Positions 7,076 to 16,196 of a stretch of 29,280 bases of DNA are shown here, in pieces. Where the stretch lies: the IMG/VR virus record IMGVR_UViG_3300045988_140557, positions 1 through 29,280 of that record. One strand, written 5' to 3'. This stretch comes from a virus. A program made the position numbers and the translations under genes. How positions within the stretch are numbered: the stretch's first letter is position 1; every line of letters starts with the position of its first letter. The notes beneath the pieces were generated by a model that was not told the origin of the DNA, ran no database searches, and saw only the letters and a list, made by a program, of their open reading frames with translations.

Positions 7076-8797
7076 ATGAAAACATATTTAAACAATTTGA
7101 TTAATGAGTTGCCAACTAACTGTTTATTTGATAAAGGAAAAGTTGGATGTGGAGGAACTTCAATGGCAATTGAATGTAATAAGCCTTATGTTATTTGTGT
7201 TCCATTTACTAGCTTAGTTGAAAATAAACTTCAACAATATCCAAATGAAAGACGTACTGAGAAGATATTTGGAGTTTATGCTGGAGTTACTATTAAAGAG
7301 ATTAAAGATTACGTAGATAGTGTTAAATGCCCTAAAATTATTGTTACATATAACTCACTTCCAAAAGTTATTTCTGCAGTTAATACTAAAGAATATAGTT
7401 TATTAGTAGATGAATATCATATACTATTTAATCAGTATAGCTTTAGAAAGGATGCTATTAAACCTGTTTTAGAGAACTATAAATTATTTAAAGATTTTAC
7501 ATTTATGACTGCTACTCCTCTTGAAGAAGAGTTTGTATTAGATGAATTAAAAGATTTAGAATTAGTAAAACAAGAATGGGATGATGTTATTGAAACTAAG
7601 GTACAAGCTGTTAAATGTAAGAATGTTGAAGCTTCAACTATTAAATTAATTAATGCTGTTCTTAATAATCAAGTAGAAGGTAATGTTTATATATTTGTAA
7701 ATTCTGTAGACTTTATAAAGAATCTTATTCAGAAAGCTAAACTTACAGAAGAGAATACAAGAGTTATATACTCCAAAAACAATAAAACCAAATTATCAAT
7801 TCACAATTCTACAGTATTAGATGAACCTAAGAAAATAAATTTATTAACTTCTACAGTATTTGAAGGTTCTGATATTTATGATGAAAATGGAAGAATTGTA
7901 GTAGTAAGTGATGCTCAAAAAGCACAAACTCTTCTTGACATCTCAACTTCTATTCAACAGATTGCTGGTAGAATTAGAAATAGTAAATATTTAAACTGGA
8001 TAACTCATCTTTACTCAGCAACAAGATATGCAGATATTAGTTATGAAGACTTTAAAAAGAAGAATATCCAGAATATTGAGGAAACTAAGATTGCTGTAGA
8101 TGCTTACAATGCAATGCCTGAAGTTGCAAGAAAGAAACTTAAGGAATTTACATCCGATACTTATATCCAAGTAAATGATGATTTTACATTTACATTTGAT
8201 CCAAATATGGCTAAGGTAGATATTTTTAACTTTAAAGTGACAAGAGGTTTATATTCTATTAGAACAAATCTTAATAAAGAGTATATAAAGAATGGATTTA
8301 AAAAAGTAGTAGAATGTGAAGACAACTCTATTAAGATTGATTTTGAATCTGATAATAAACCATTTAAAGAACTAATTAAAGAAGTTAGAGCAGAATGGGA
8401 AAATAAATTTAAATTGAATACTCCACTCTTAAATGATGCTATTATTAAATATCCTTGGCTGCCAGAAGCTATTAGTAAATTAGGATTCGAAAAGATGGCA
8501 AGTTTAAAATATTGCATTTCTGATATTAAAGATGCTCTATTAAAGAAATCAAATAAAAGTGCAGATAACAAAGCAGCTAAGAAGTTAAATCAATCAATTA
8601 CTCTTGGAATGTGGTATTCTAACGCTGATATTAAAAAGTTTGTTAAAGAAGCTTATGAAATTAGTGATATTACTATTACTCCAAAAGCAACAGAAATTGA
8701 TAAATATTATGAAGTTAAAAAATGCCAGAAAAGAGTAAATGGTAAACAAACTGAAGGTTATGTAATTATTAATAAAAAGTTTGTATTTAATAAATAA
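7076..8797 (+). CDS. Superfamily-2 helicase (573 aa), the likely replication/recombination protein.
   Basis: Motif I-like GKVGCGGTS, motif II LLVDEYH (DExH), motif III MTATP and motif VI QQIAGRIRN. Intact under any code, with 5 TGG and 0 TGA. Confidence 0.6.
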   Translation: MKTYLNNLINELPTNCLFDKGKVGCGGTSMAIECNKPYVICVPFTSLVENKLQQYPNERRTEKIFGVYAGVTIKEIKDYVDSVKCPKIIVTYNSLPKVISAVNTKEYSLLVDEYHILFNQYSFRKDAIKPVLENYKLFKDFTFMTATPLEEEFVLDELKDLELVKQEWDDVIETKVQAVKCKNVEASTIKLINAVLNNQVEGNVYIFVNSVDFIKNLIQKAKLTEENTRVIYSKNNKTKLSIHNSTVLDEPKKINLLTSTVFEGSDIYDENGRIVVVSDAQKAQTLLDISTSIQQIAGRIRNSKYLNWITHLYSATRYADISYEDFKKKNIQNIEETKIAVDAYNAMPEVARKKLKEFTSDTYIQVNDDFTFTFDPNMAKVDIFNFKVTRGLYSIRTNLNKEYIKNGFKKVVECEDNSIKIDFESDNKPFKELIKEVRAEWENKFKLNTPLLNDAIIKYPWLPEAISKLGFEKMASLKYCISDIKDALLKKSNKSADNKAAKKLNQSITLGMWYSNADIKKFVKEAYEISDITITPKATEIDKYYEVKKCQKRVNGKQTEGYVIINKKFVFNK

Positions 8798-8811
8798 AAA
8801 TATTATATTTG
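8780..8811 (+). promoter_or_regulatory. Promoter candidate: TTTG-N20-TATATTTG, ending 5 nt before ATG 8816.
   Basis: TTTG at 8780-8783 and TATATTTG at 8804-8811. The mRNA would have a very short leader or none. Confidence 0.45.
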
Positions 8812-8815
8812 TGAT

Positions 8816-9094
8816 ATGGAAGGCGATATTAAAGAAACAATTAAACAAACAGAAGAGTATATTAAAGAATTGGATAAATGAATACTTGAGTGTAAAGAAG
8901 CTACTAAAAGATTTGGAGATATTATAGACAAAGTATTAAAAGATAAAGATTATTTATTTCTAAATTTGATTAATTATGGATGATTTATTAAAAAAGCTTG
9001 AAGAACTGGAATACATAATAGTTCAATTAAACGAACTGAAGGGAGGTTTAGTTTGGGAAGAAGTAGAAGAAATGCCAAAACCAGAAATTACTAA
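8816..9094 (+). CDS. Small ORF with an uncertain end: 21 aa under table 11, 55 aa if TGA 8981 terminates, 92 aa under strict table 4.
   Basis: MEGDIKETIKQTEEYIKELDK-TGA-ILECKEATKRFGDIIDKVLKDKDYLFLNLINYG-TGA-... The part beyond 8981 overlaps the next ORF out of frame and looks non-coding (rich in R/S). Confidence 0.3.
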
Positions 9095-9113
9095 TGCAAC
9101 ATATACTGATTAA
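8976..9113 (+). CDS. Small acidic coiled-coil ORF (45 aa).
   Basis: MDDLLKKLEELEYIIVQLNELKGGLVWEEVEEMPKPEITNATYTD. TAA stop. The start lies in an ATGGATGA overlap with the previous ORF. Confidence 0.4.
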   Translation: MDDLLKKLEELEYIIVQLNELKGGLVWEEVEEMPKPEITNATYTD

Positions 9114-9114
9114 T

Positions 9115-9258
9115 ATGAAATACCAAACCTATAAAGTATGCATAAATGGAGTGTATTATGTATATGTAATACCAGAAAATAGTAGGTTTTTAGTGGACTT
9201 ACAAACAGGAGATTTAATACCTAAAGAAGATGATAAATTATTTGAAATGATGGAATAA
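9115..9258 (+). CDS. Small ORF (47 aa).
   Basis: MKYQTYKVCINGVYYVYVIPENSRFLVDLQTGDLIPKEDDKLFEMME. TAA stop, followed by a terminator. Confidence 0.35.
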   Translation: MKYQTYKVCINGVYYVYVIPENSRFLVDLQTGDLIPKEDDKLFEMME

Positions 9259-9262
9259 ATGA

Positions 9263-9290
9263 AAATAGGAGGGTTTATGCCCTCCTATTT
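9263..9290. terminator. Bidirectional terminator hairpin at the convergence of the plus and minus blocks.
   Basis: 11-bp stem AAATAGGAGGG / CCCTCCTATTT with a 6-nt loop and A/T runs on both sides. The HNH stop codon lies inside it. Confidence 0.7.
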
Positions 9291-9608
9291 CTGTTTAAAT
9301 CTTTGATAATTACTAACCGATGAATGAATAGCTTTATGACAAACTGAACATAATGTTATTAAATCTTCCAAATGTTCCTGCTCATTATATAAATTCTCAT
9401 ACGTCTTATGATGTACCGATAAAGACCTATTTCCGCCTTCCTGAACGCATCAATTACAAGTTTGGCAGTGGTAGTTATCCCGCAATAATATTTGCTCTCT
9501 AATGGCCTTAAAATCCTTTGATCTTATATATCTTTGGTACTTTAAATATTCTTCACTTCTTACTTTCTTCTTTGTCTTATGAAGCAGTTTACTTGATTTG
9601 GAGTCCAT
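9285..9608 (-). CDS. HNH endonuclease (107 aa; TGA at 9450-9452).
   Basis: Absent from the track. Translation: ...NYHCQTCN-W-CVQEGGNRSLSVHHKTYENLYNEQEHLEDLITLCSVCHKAIH. This gives CxxC ... HH ... CxxCH. TAG stop. Confidence 0.8.
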
Positions 9609-9610
9609 AA

Positions 9611-10063
9611 TTATATAATTGTAAATTTCTGTCTTCTCTGCAAACCCTCTTTATTCTTCAATCCTAAATGAATTCAACTAGCTATTCCATTTCTAGGTTT
9701 CTCATAAATAAGTTGATCAAAATCATACTTTTCAATAGCTTCAGTAATCCAAACCTGAAATTCTTTCATTTGACCATTACTTGGAATTATATCTGCTGCA
9801 TATCCTGTTAGATGGGCAGATGTCAAAGATCCTCTTACAGCTTTATTAAGCTCATTACATCTATAACCTGAATTCACACTTATTGCTGGATTTCCCAACC
9901 GATTAACATCACAATACTCTGCCCAATCACTTCTTAATGGGTCTAAAAGTTTCTCGACTAACTCTATAAGGTGTTCAGTAATCTCTTTATTTGGAGTATT
10001 ATCTATCTTCTTAATAGAAGCTGTATCAGATCTTGTTAATTCACTAATAGTAAAATATTTCAT
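9611..10063 (-). CDS. Endolysin, peptidase M15 (VanY / L-Ala-D-Glu peptidase-like), 150 aa. The track ORF 9674..10063 is extended through TGA 9674.
   Basis: SGYRCNELNKAVRGSLTSAHLTGYAADI matches the M15 SxHxxGxAxD motif. Read-through adds ...NGIAS-W-IHLGLKNKE..., which supplies the C-terminal W-x-H region. TAA stop at 9611. Confidence 0.8.
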
Positions 10064-10224
10064 TATTTAATAATATCTTTAAGCATAGTATAACGGTAAA
10101 ATAAATGACATCCAGCACCAAGTGCTATGAGTACTAATGTAATCCAAAATGGAATTACTTTTACCATTAAAAATACTAAGATTATAATTACTATTGCTAT
10201 TAAATATTTTATCCAATATTTCAT
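10063..10224 (-). CDS. Holin-like protein with two transmembrane helices (53 aa).
   Basis: MKYWIKYLIAIVIIILVFLMVKVIPFWITLVLIALGAGCHLFYRYTMLKDIIK. TAATG overlap with the endolysin start. Confidence 0.55.
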   Translation of the reverse strand: MKYWIKYLIAIVIIILVFLMVKVIPFWITLVLIALGAGCHLFYRYTMLKDIIK

Positions 10225-10227
10225 AAC

Positions 10228-10881
10228 TTATTTATTTAAAATTATACTTACTTTAATTCCTGCATCTCTTAGTTTTACTCAAGTATCAACTGGCATCTCA
10301 TTATCACAATAAGATAAGCCTAAAACTCCAATATCTCTATCTTCTGATTTTAAATAGAATATTGCAATCTTATTAACACCATTAGATTTAAATGCATAAT
10401 ACATTCTCCTATCTAATTCCTTTATATCTTCAACATCTCCGAATCATCCGCCTTTTTTAGATGTTTTCAATATAAATAAATAATCAGATAATAGGAAATC
10501 TTTATAATGACTTGAAACTGGAGCAACTCCAGGTTCTGTTTCTTCACTATTCATAATTCCATAAGTAAATGGAAGTCCTCCTAATCCTGAAGTGCCATTA
10601 TGATACTCAATAACTCAAGCTCTATCTGCATTCGTATCATTTAAAAGATCTTTAATAATATATCTAACCTTAAGATCTGCTTCTTGTCGTATTACTTGAT
10701 TAGTATTATGAACTGTTTCTATATAACTTACAACTTTATCATATATTATTCCTGGATTAGTACTTATAATTATTACATAAGAAATAAATATAAATCCAAA
10801 TCCACCTTTAATTATTTTCCACAGTCCATATTTATCTACTCATTCTAATACTTTTCCAAACCAGTTTAATTTATTTTCCAT
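10228..10881 (-). CDS. N-terminally anchored membrane protein (217 aa; TGAs at 10840, 10615, 10444 and 10279). Possible lysis accessory protein.
   Basis: Absent from the track. I verified the triplets line by line. Translation: MENKLNWFGKVLE-W-VDKYGLWKIIKGGFGFIFISYVIIIS... TAATG overlap with the upstream gene. TAA stop. Confidence 0.55.
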
Positions 10882-11306
10882 TACATATTATCAGAACAAG
10901 TACCCAGAGTGTTGTCTACAGCTAAATCAACTCTAACAAATACTCCAGTGCAAATATCTTTAAACTTCTGATAAAATGGAGTAAAAATTAAAGGATAAGA
11001 AATATCAACTTCTGGATATTGGTTATTAAATCGGTTAATTATATTAGTTAATGCTAATATTCCAGCTGATTGCTCTTCAAGCTGATTATTATCAGTCTCA
11101 TCCCATCTTGCTATAAAATAGAGATTTAAAGAGTAAGTAATAGTATCCTCATCCATATTAAATGTATTTGGAGTTATATAAAATACATTATATTCAATAG
11201 TTGGGATACTATTAAGTTCATATATATCCTTACTTCCTACAAAATTAATATTGGGTTCTTCAAGAGCACAAGCCTTTAAATTGTTTATTAATTCAAAATA
11301 CGTCAT
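10881..11306 (-). CDS. Hypothetical virion/neck protein (141 aa, taking ATG 11306 as the start).
   Basis: The ATG lies 1 nt after the upstream stop. The longer track start (11408) would overlap the connector gene by 100 nt. Confidence 0.45.
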   Translation of the reverse strand: MTYFELINNLKACALEEPNINFVGSKDIYELNSIPTIEYNVFYITPNTFNMDEDTITYSLNLYFIARWDETDNNQLEEQSAGILALTNIINRFNNQYPEVDISYPLIFTPFYQKFKDICTGVFVRVDLAVDNTLGTCSDNM

Positions 11307-11307
11307 C

Positions 11308-11991
11308 TTACTTACTCTTTTTATTGTTATCACTTGAAGGGAAATCATAAGCTCTTTGTAGAGGACCTTCACAAGAATTATATCTCCAATCTTTACCTCT
11401 AGCTCCACCTAACCAAATAGTACAAGATGAACTTGAATACATATTTGGATACATATCTTTAAGAGGTTTATAAGAATACAATTCAGGAAAATCATTATAA
11501 TATGTAATTACCCAATTTTGCAATCTTGTTTTAAAGAAATCTGCTTTATCTCTATAATATTTCTTAATAAGATTAACTTGATTAATATCAGAAGTTAAAT
11601 CTTTCTCATCATCAGTCCTCATAACCCCAAAGTTACTAAGCTTAAACGAAATAGGTATAGTAATCTCACTTAATACTTGATAAAGTAAATAAGGCTGAAT
11701 ATAGTAATCTAGCAATTCTTTATATCTATGATTTTCTGGGTCATCTATAGAAGTAGGATCATAAATAGGAGGTTCTATTGGATGAACTGGTTTATTTGGA
11801 TCTTTTCAATCAATTACTAATTTCTGAATCTTTTCTAAGAGCTTAGTTCCAATTAATGACTGAAGCTCAATATCTTGTGCAAGTTTAATTGCTGACTGAA
11901 GATATTTACCAGAAACATTATTGTCTAGATTAGATTCTGATTTTATATAATCTTCAGATATTAATAGTACATTTCTATAATTATTTTCCAT
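11308..11991 (-). CDS. Head-tail connector/adaptor candidate (227 aa), made of fragments 11806..11991 and 11308..11715 joined through TGA 11806.
   Basis: The two fragments share a frame and the gap has no TAA/TAG. The N-terminus ISEDYIKSESNLDNNVSGKYLQSAIKLAQDIELQSLIG resembles gp6-type adaptors. It lies directly downstream of the portal gene. Confidence 0.45.
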
Positions 11992-13073
11992 TATTCAACT
12001 TGTTTAGTATCAGCTTCATTAAGGCTAAATGGTGAAATTGTGATTGAATTCTGCATTCCAAAAATCTTATCAAATGAATCACAAATCTCTTTCTGAATAG
12101 GTCTAATCATAGTTCTATTATAAAGCTTGAATGAAGATTCAAATTCTTGCTCATTAAAACCAGTTGAATCTGAGTTAATTCCAAATAAGTTAGGATTAGC
12201 TCGGAAGGCACAGAATATTTGATCTCTGGTTCTCTCAGATAATGATTGATATTTCTCATCAAAATCATCAGAATCTAATCTTTCAATAGTAGTCTTATTT
12301 GCCTCATCTGCATTATATGAAATCAATATTCTGCCAGCATTCTGATAACCAGAGAACTTCTCATTAATATTCCTCTCAATCTCCTCTCTAATTTCATCTG
12401 TAGGTTCCCCATTATTAAAGTTAATAATAAGATTACCCATAAATCCATTATTGATGTTATTTAAATGGAATTCATTAATATTTTTCTCAGTTTCACAAGA
12501 TAAAATAGCGGCTCCATAAACAGGAATAGGATATACTCCTCTTGTTATATAACCTTTATTATAAAATATACTAGCTGGATTTTCATCTCCAGCTCCAAAT
12601 TTTGGATATTTTATAGCTTTTACAGACCAAGCTGTCCAATCAGTTGCATAATATAATATATCATTCTTTTCACTTGACCTTACATTCATAAAATCAATAT
12701 GATAGATCTCTGCAACTCTTCCGAGCATATCTCTAATTACTTGGATAGCATAACCTCCAAATATCATCTTATCAATAGTGATTTTTCTCATTATATCAAC
12801 TATTGTTTCACCTTTCTTGTTTACAACTACTTCAAATCCTGGAGCATTACATTTAACATCATTACCAACAATAAAGTCAGCAGAACCATTAATGATAGAT
12901 TGGAGAGTAGCAACATTTAAATATAAATCCCATAGATATAACGGATATTTGTTATCTTCTCCTCACATTACATAATCTTTTCCTCTTGCTTTAGTTTCTG
13001 TAGGTAATACGATATTACTTGCAATAAATGGATCAATAGCGCTTAACTGAACTTTTGTTTTATTTTCGCTCAT
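11991..13073 (-). CDS. Portal protein (360 aa). The track ORF 11991..12791 is extended upstream through TGA 12963 to ATG 13073.
   Basis: The extension reads MSENKTKVQLSAIDPFIASNIVLPTETKARGKDYVM-W-GEDNKYPLYLWDLYLNVATLQSIINGSADFIVG, which looks like a portal N-terminus. The body is acidic and helical. Confidence 0.65.
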
Positions 13074-13452
13074 AACTTACGTATGTATTAGGTTTGTCGT
13101 ATTGATAATTATTATTTTCATAATCTCCAATTCTTATTAATCCTGTTCCCAATATAGGTATTGGTTTACCAGCAACTAATATCTGAGTACCATTAGTAAG
13201 AGTATTATTATATGTAACCAGAATAACTGGATTACCATATAACTCTGATCTAAATGGATTGTTTACATCAACTATAACTTGAAATTTATTTGGATTAGTA
13301 AATAAAATATATTGATATTCACCGTCTCTCATTCCTTCTTGAAGTGTAATATCAAACTTATAGTAGATATTCTCAGAATAATTCTGATTTTCAAGATTAA
13401 ATGTATAAACTTCTTTAGTAGTTGTATTTTGAAGAATTAAACTGTAGTTCAT
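13060..13452 (-). CDS. Hypothetical beta-rich protein (130 aa).
   Basis: Intact ORF with a TAA stop. It overlaps the portal start by 14 nt. Confidence 0.45.
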   Translation of the reverse strand: MNYSLILQNTTTKEVYTFNLENQNYSENIYYKFDITLQEGMRDGEYQYILFTNPNKFQVIVDVNNPFRSELYGNPVILVTYNNTLTNGTQILVAGKPIPILGTGLIRIGDYENNNYQYDKPNTYVSYERK

Positions 13453-13453
13453 A

Positions 13454-13482
13454 TTTTACATAGTTTTACATTACTTTTACAT
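13454..13482 (-). repeat. Three tandem ATGTAAAA repeats (10-11 nt period) abutting start codon 13452.
   Basis: Plus-strand TTTTACAT occurs at 13454-61, 13464-71 and 13475-82. Confidence 0.8.
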
Positions 13483-13527
13483 ATCTTTTTCTTAAAATAT
13501 AAACCAATTTACTAATGTATTAAAATA

Positions 13528-13555
13528 ATTAAAGGAGACCTAAGCCTCCTTTAAT
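13528..13555 (-). terminator. Hairpin ATTAAAGGAG / CTCCTTTAAT (8-nt loop) abutting element C.
   Basis: 10-bp inverted repeat. On the minus strand it is followed by a T-rich tract. Confidence 0.5.
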
Positions 13556-13604
13556 GTCAAGTTTTTTACTCACTCAAAGTACTAAGAAAAAATAAAAACT
13601 GACA
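13555..13604 (+). repeat. 50-nt intergenic element, copy C: TGTCAAGTTTTTTACTCACTCAAAGTACTAAGAAAAAATAAAAACTGACA.
   Basis: It carries the 18-nt invariant core. It starts 1 nt after the stop (13606) of the LRR paralogue on its right. Confidence 0.85.
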
Positions 13605-13605
13605 A

Positions 13606-14592
13606 TTAGTTTGAACTTGCTAAAGTTCAGTTTTTAGATGCAGCTAATGATTTCTGTTCCTCAGTAAGTGCATTATAAACGTTAGTATAAAAAGTTAAAG
13701 TTTTGGTATCCTTTCCAGTTAAATCACTAACATTTGTAATAATATCAGTTACTGATTGACTATTTAGTACTCTAAAATTTGCTAAATTCATACTTTTATC
13801 AGCTCCTTCAACACCCCCAAAATAAGTTACAACACTACTAGCTGTACCACAAAGTGCTGTTTTATTAAGATCTTGGTATAAAGAACAATTTGTTAATTTT
13901 ATTTTACCTACAGATGTGATATTAGATGAATATGAGCTAAAATACTGAGTAAAAGTTACTTGCCCATTTATAACTTCAATTTCAGGGACACTAATAGGAA
14001 CAGCAGAATCAGTAGTTACTTGATTAAAAAAATATTCTAATGCACATACACTAGTTTCATACTTATTTGTTATTGTTATATTTTTTGGAAAAGATGAGGA
14101 TAAATAAAATGTGCGCGTACAATATCCTCAACTAGCGGATTGAGGATTAATAAATTCTAGAGTATCAATACTGCCTGCAAAACTAGAAAATGTATATGAA
14201 CGTTCGGCCTGCAGTTTTATCTCATTAATATGTATATTACTAGCATATTGAAATGTTCTTTCCGCAGCATATAATATATCTGGATTAATATGATCAGATA
14301 TATCAATAGGATCTTGAAATGAAGCCATATGAAATCAATAATTACAATCTTGTGGAATTTCATATTCAACGTTATCATAATGATCTTTATCCATTTTAGA
14401 ATTTGAAAATGTTAATCCATAATCATTTAAATTAATCTTTCCTCCACCTCCAGAAATCTGTCCTATCTTATCTGCATAGCTTCTAAAGGTATCTGAATCT
14501 GATACAGCAACACCTTTAGCTACAATAGCATCTTTAATGGCACTCTTAGTACCTTCAAGATACGTTAATTTATCAGAAATTGTATTTGCCAT
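13606..14592 (-). CDS. Receptor-binding-type protein, LRR paralogue 3 (328 aa; TGAs at 14335, 14128 and 13627).
   Basis: Fragments 14335..14592 and 14128..14328 plus the untracked 13606..14127 share one frame, which I verified line by line. The C-terminus ...VYNALTEEQKSLAASKN-W-TLASSN is paralogous to the other two. Confidence 0.6.
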
Positions 14593-14593
14593 A

Positions 14594-15031
14594 TTAGATT
14601 ACTTCACCATTAATTGTATCAAGAGTAGTTGAAATATTACCAATCTGAGCTTGAATTGCTGAGATTTCTCCATCTAACTCTGTCATCTTTGTATTATATG
14701 CATCTGTAGTTACATAGTTTGATAACTCACTTTTATCTGCTTTAAGTGCAACTTCTCCTTTAAGATTAGTAATCTCAGTATTAATTGGAACAAGTTTAGC
14801 ATCAATAGATTGATCTACTAAAGGGGGGACTTGCTCTTCAATACTTTCTGTTACTTTAGTATCAATTAACTCTTCTGCTTTCTCTTCAGAAATGTAATTA
14901 CCTTTAGGTTGGAATCTTTCATCTGCTTCAATCTTAGTATAAGAACCAACAGGAAGTTGTCCAGATTCAATACCACATTTCTTACTTACATAGAAAGTTT
15001 GTGTATTTTTAGTATTCTTAAGTATAATCAT
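14594..15031 (-). CDS. Coiled-coil fibre-associated protein (145 aa).
   Basis: Intact ORF with heptad-like repeats (...NLKGEVALKADKSELSNYVTTDAYNTKMTELDGEISAIQAQIGNISTTLD). Confidence 0.4.
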   Translation of the reverse strand: MIILKNTKNTQTFYVSKKCGIESGQLPVGSYTKIEADERFQPKGNYISEEKAEELIDTKVTESIEEQVPPLVDQSIDAKLVPINTEITNLKGEVALKADKSELSNYVTTDAYNTKMTELDGEISAIQAQIGNISTTLDTINGEVI

Positions 15032-15033
15032 AA

Positions 15034-15270
15034 TTATCTAACTTTTATTGATTCTTCATACTCTTTTGAAGCTTTAATAGCTAATTCTTTATATTCAGAA
15101 TCCTGCTCTAATGTTATCTCTCTTAAATGTTCTAAATCACAATTTAATGGACAAATACACTCTTTAAATGAGTTATACCCTTTAATATCCATTTCGTCTT
15201 TATAGTTAGTAAGAAGCATATTATCTTCAGGTTTAACTACTTTATACTTTTCTTTAATTTCAATTTTCAT
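15034..15270 (-). CDS. Hypothetical acidic protein (78 aa).
   Basis: Intact ORF with a TAA stop. Confidence 0.4.
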   Translation of the reverse strand: MKIEIKEKYKVVKPEDNMLLTNYKDEMDIKGYNSFKECICPLNCDLEHLREITLEQDSEYKELAIKASKEYEESIKVR

Positions 15271-15277
15271 AGTGTAT

Positions 15278-16195
15278 TTAATTAGAATATGATATTGTTC
15301 ATCCTTTAGAAACTATCTGGGCTTTTTGATCTTCAGTTAAAGAGTCAAAGATTACTTTATTAAAAACAATAGTAGGATTCTTAGATGCGTCTGAATATAG
15401 TCCTTCTATTATATTATTTATAGATTGAACAGTAAGTGCAGGTAATCCTCCTAAATGTAATGTATATGTAGTCATAGTGACTCCCATCCCAATATTTGTA
15501 AAACCTCCAATATCTGTAAGTAGGGTGAAATCTTTAGATTCTTGATCTCTCTCATCATCAGTTCTGAATAAATCAGAAAAATTACTCCAGTTACTTGCAT
15601 CATATTGCGGAACAGATTGAAGCCTATAACAGTACCTAAACATTTGATAAACAGTAACTTTTTCAGTTGAAGAAAAAGTTATCTGAGGTGCTGTTTTTAA
15701 TTGTTCTGAATATCTAAATAATCCAGTACAATCTACAGCATTAGATAGATCTAATGGATCTATTTCTGTAGCTCCAATTCCAGATAAGGCACCATACATC
15801 CTCTTTTTACCAATAAAAATATCAGGTAATATATATGTTAAACTACGACATCCAGCAAATAAATAATACAAATCAGTATCTGTATTTTCAGTAATATATT
15901 TTTGAGCATCTATAGATGTAGTTAACTGATACTGTAATGATGAATCTGCTCTAAATATAGAAGTTTTTGGGTTAGATGAAGTAGGATTTATATATCAACT
16001 AATAACATCTGGATTATTACATTCTGTAATTATTGAATTTACACTTCCTAAATATTGTCTTGCAACTGCTTTACGAAAAGTATCATCTATAAATGGAATT
16101 GGAGGACAAGGCCAGACTTTGGTACTGCCAACATAAATAGCAGTACCTTGTCTGTCACCTACATAAAATGTTTTTAAATTATCTCGAATATTCAT
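15278..16195 (-). CDS. DUF285/BspA-like LRR protein, paralogue 2 (305 aa; TGAs at 15995 and 15299).
   Basis: Fragments 15995..16195 and 15299..15871 share one frame. It has LFAGCRSL, GLFRYSEQL and QMFRYCYRLQSVPQYDASNWSNFSDLF repeats. The C-terminus is ...SLTEDQKAQIVSKG-W-TISYSN, ending at TAA 15278. Confidence 0.6.
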
Positions 16196-16196
16196 A

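Noticed and set aside
8161-8848. Minus-strand ORFs 8161..8571 (136 aa) and 8594..8848 (84 aa) inside or after the helicase gene.
   Set aside because: They are antisense to a well-supported 573-aa helicase. Their translations are low-complexity and Phe/Leu/Ile/Ser/Asn-rich, as is typical for the reverse frame of AT-rich coding DNA.
11308-11408. The longer start (11408) given by the track for ORF 10881..11408.
   Set aside because: It would overlap the connector gene by 100 nt, and the extra residues look like out-of-frame translation. An ATG at 11306 sits 1 nt after the upstream stop.
12699-12975. Plus-strand ORFs 12699..12920 and 12778..12975.
   Set aside because: They are antisense to the portal gene, whose frame is continuous and protein-like.
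14909-15205. Plus-strand ORFs antisense to late genes. Besides 14909..15205, these are 10127..10312, 16825..17028, 19052..19264, 20451..20672, 21324..21623, 22621..22839 and 28142..28330.
   Set aside because: All lie opposite long, coherent minus-strand genes and have biased, repetitive composition. 10127..10312 is the antisense of the holin-like and membrane-protein genes.
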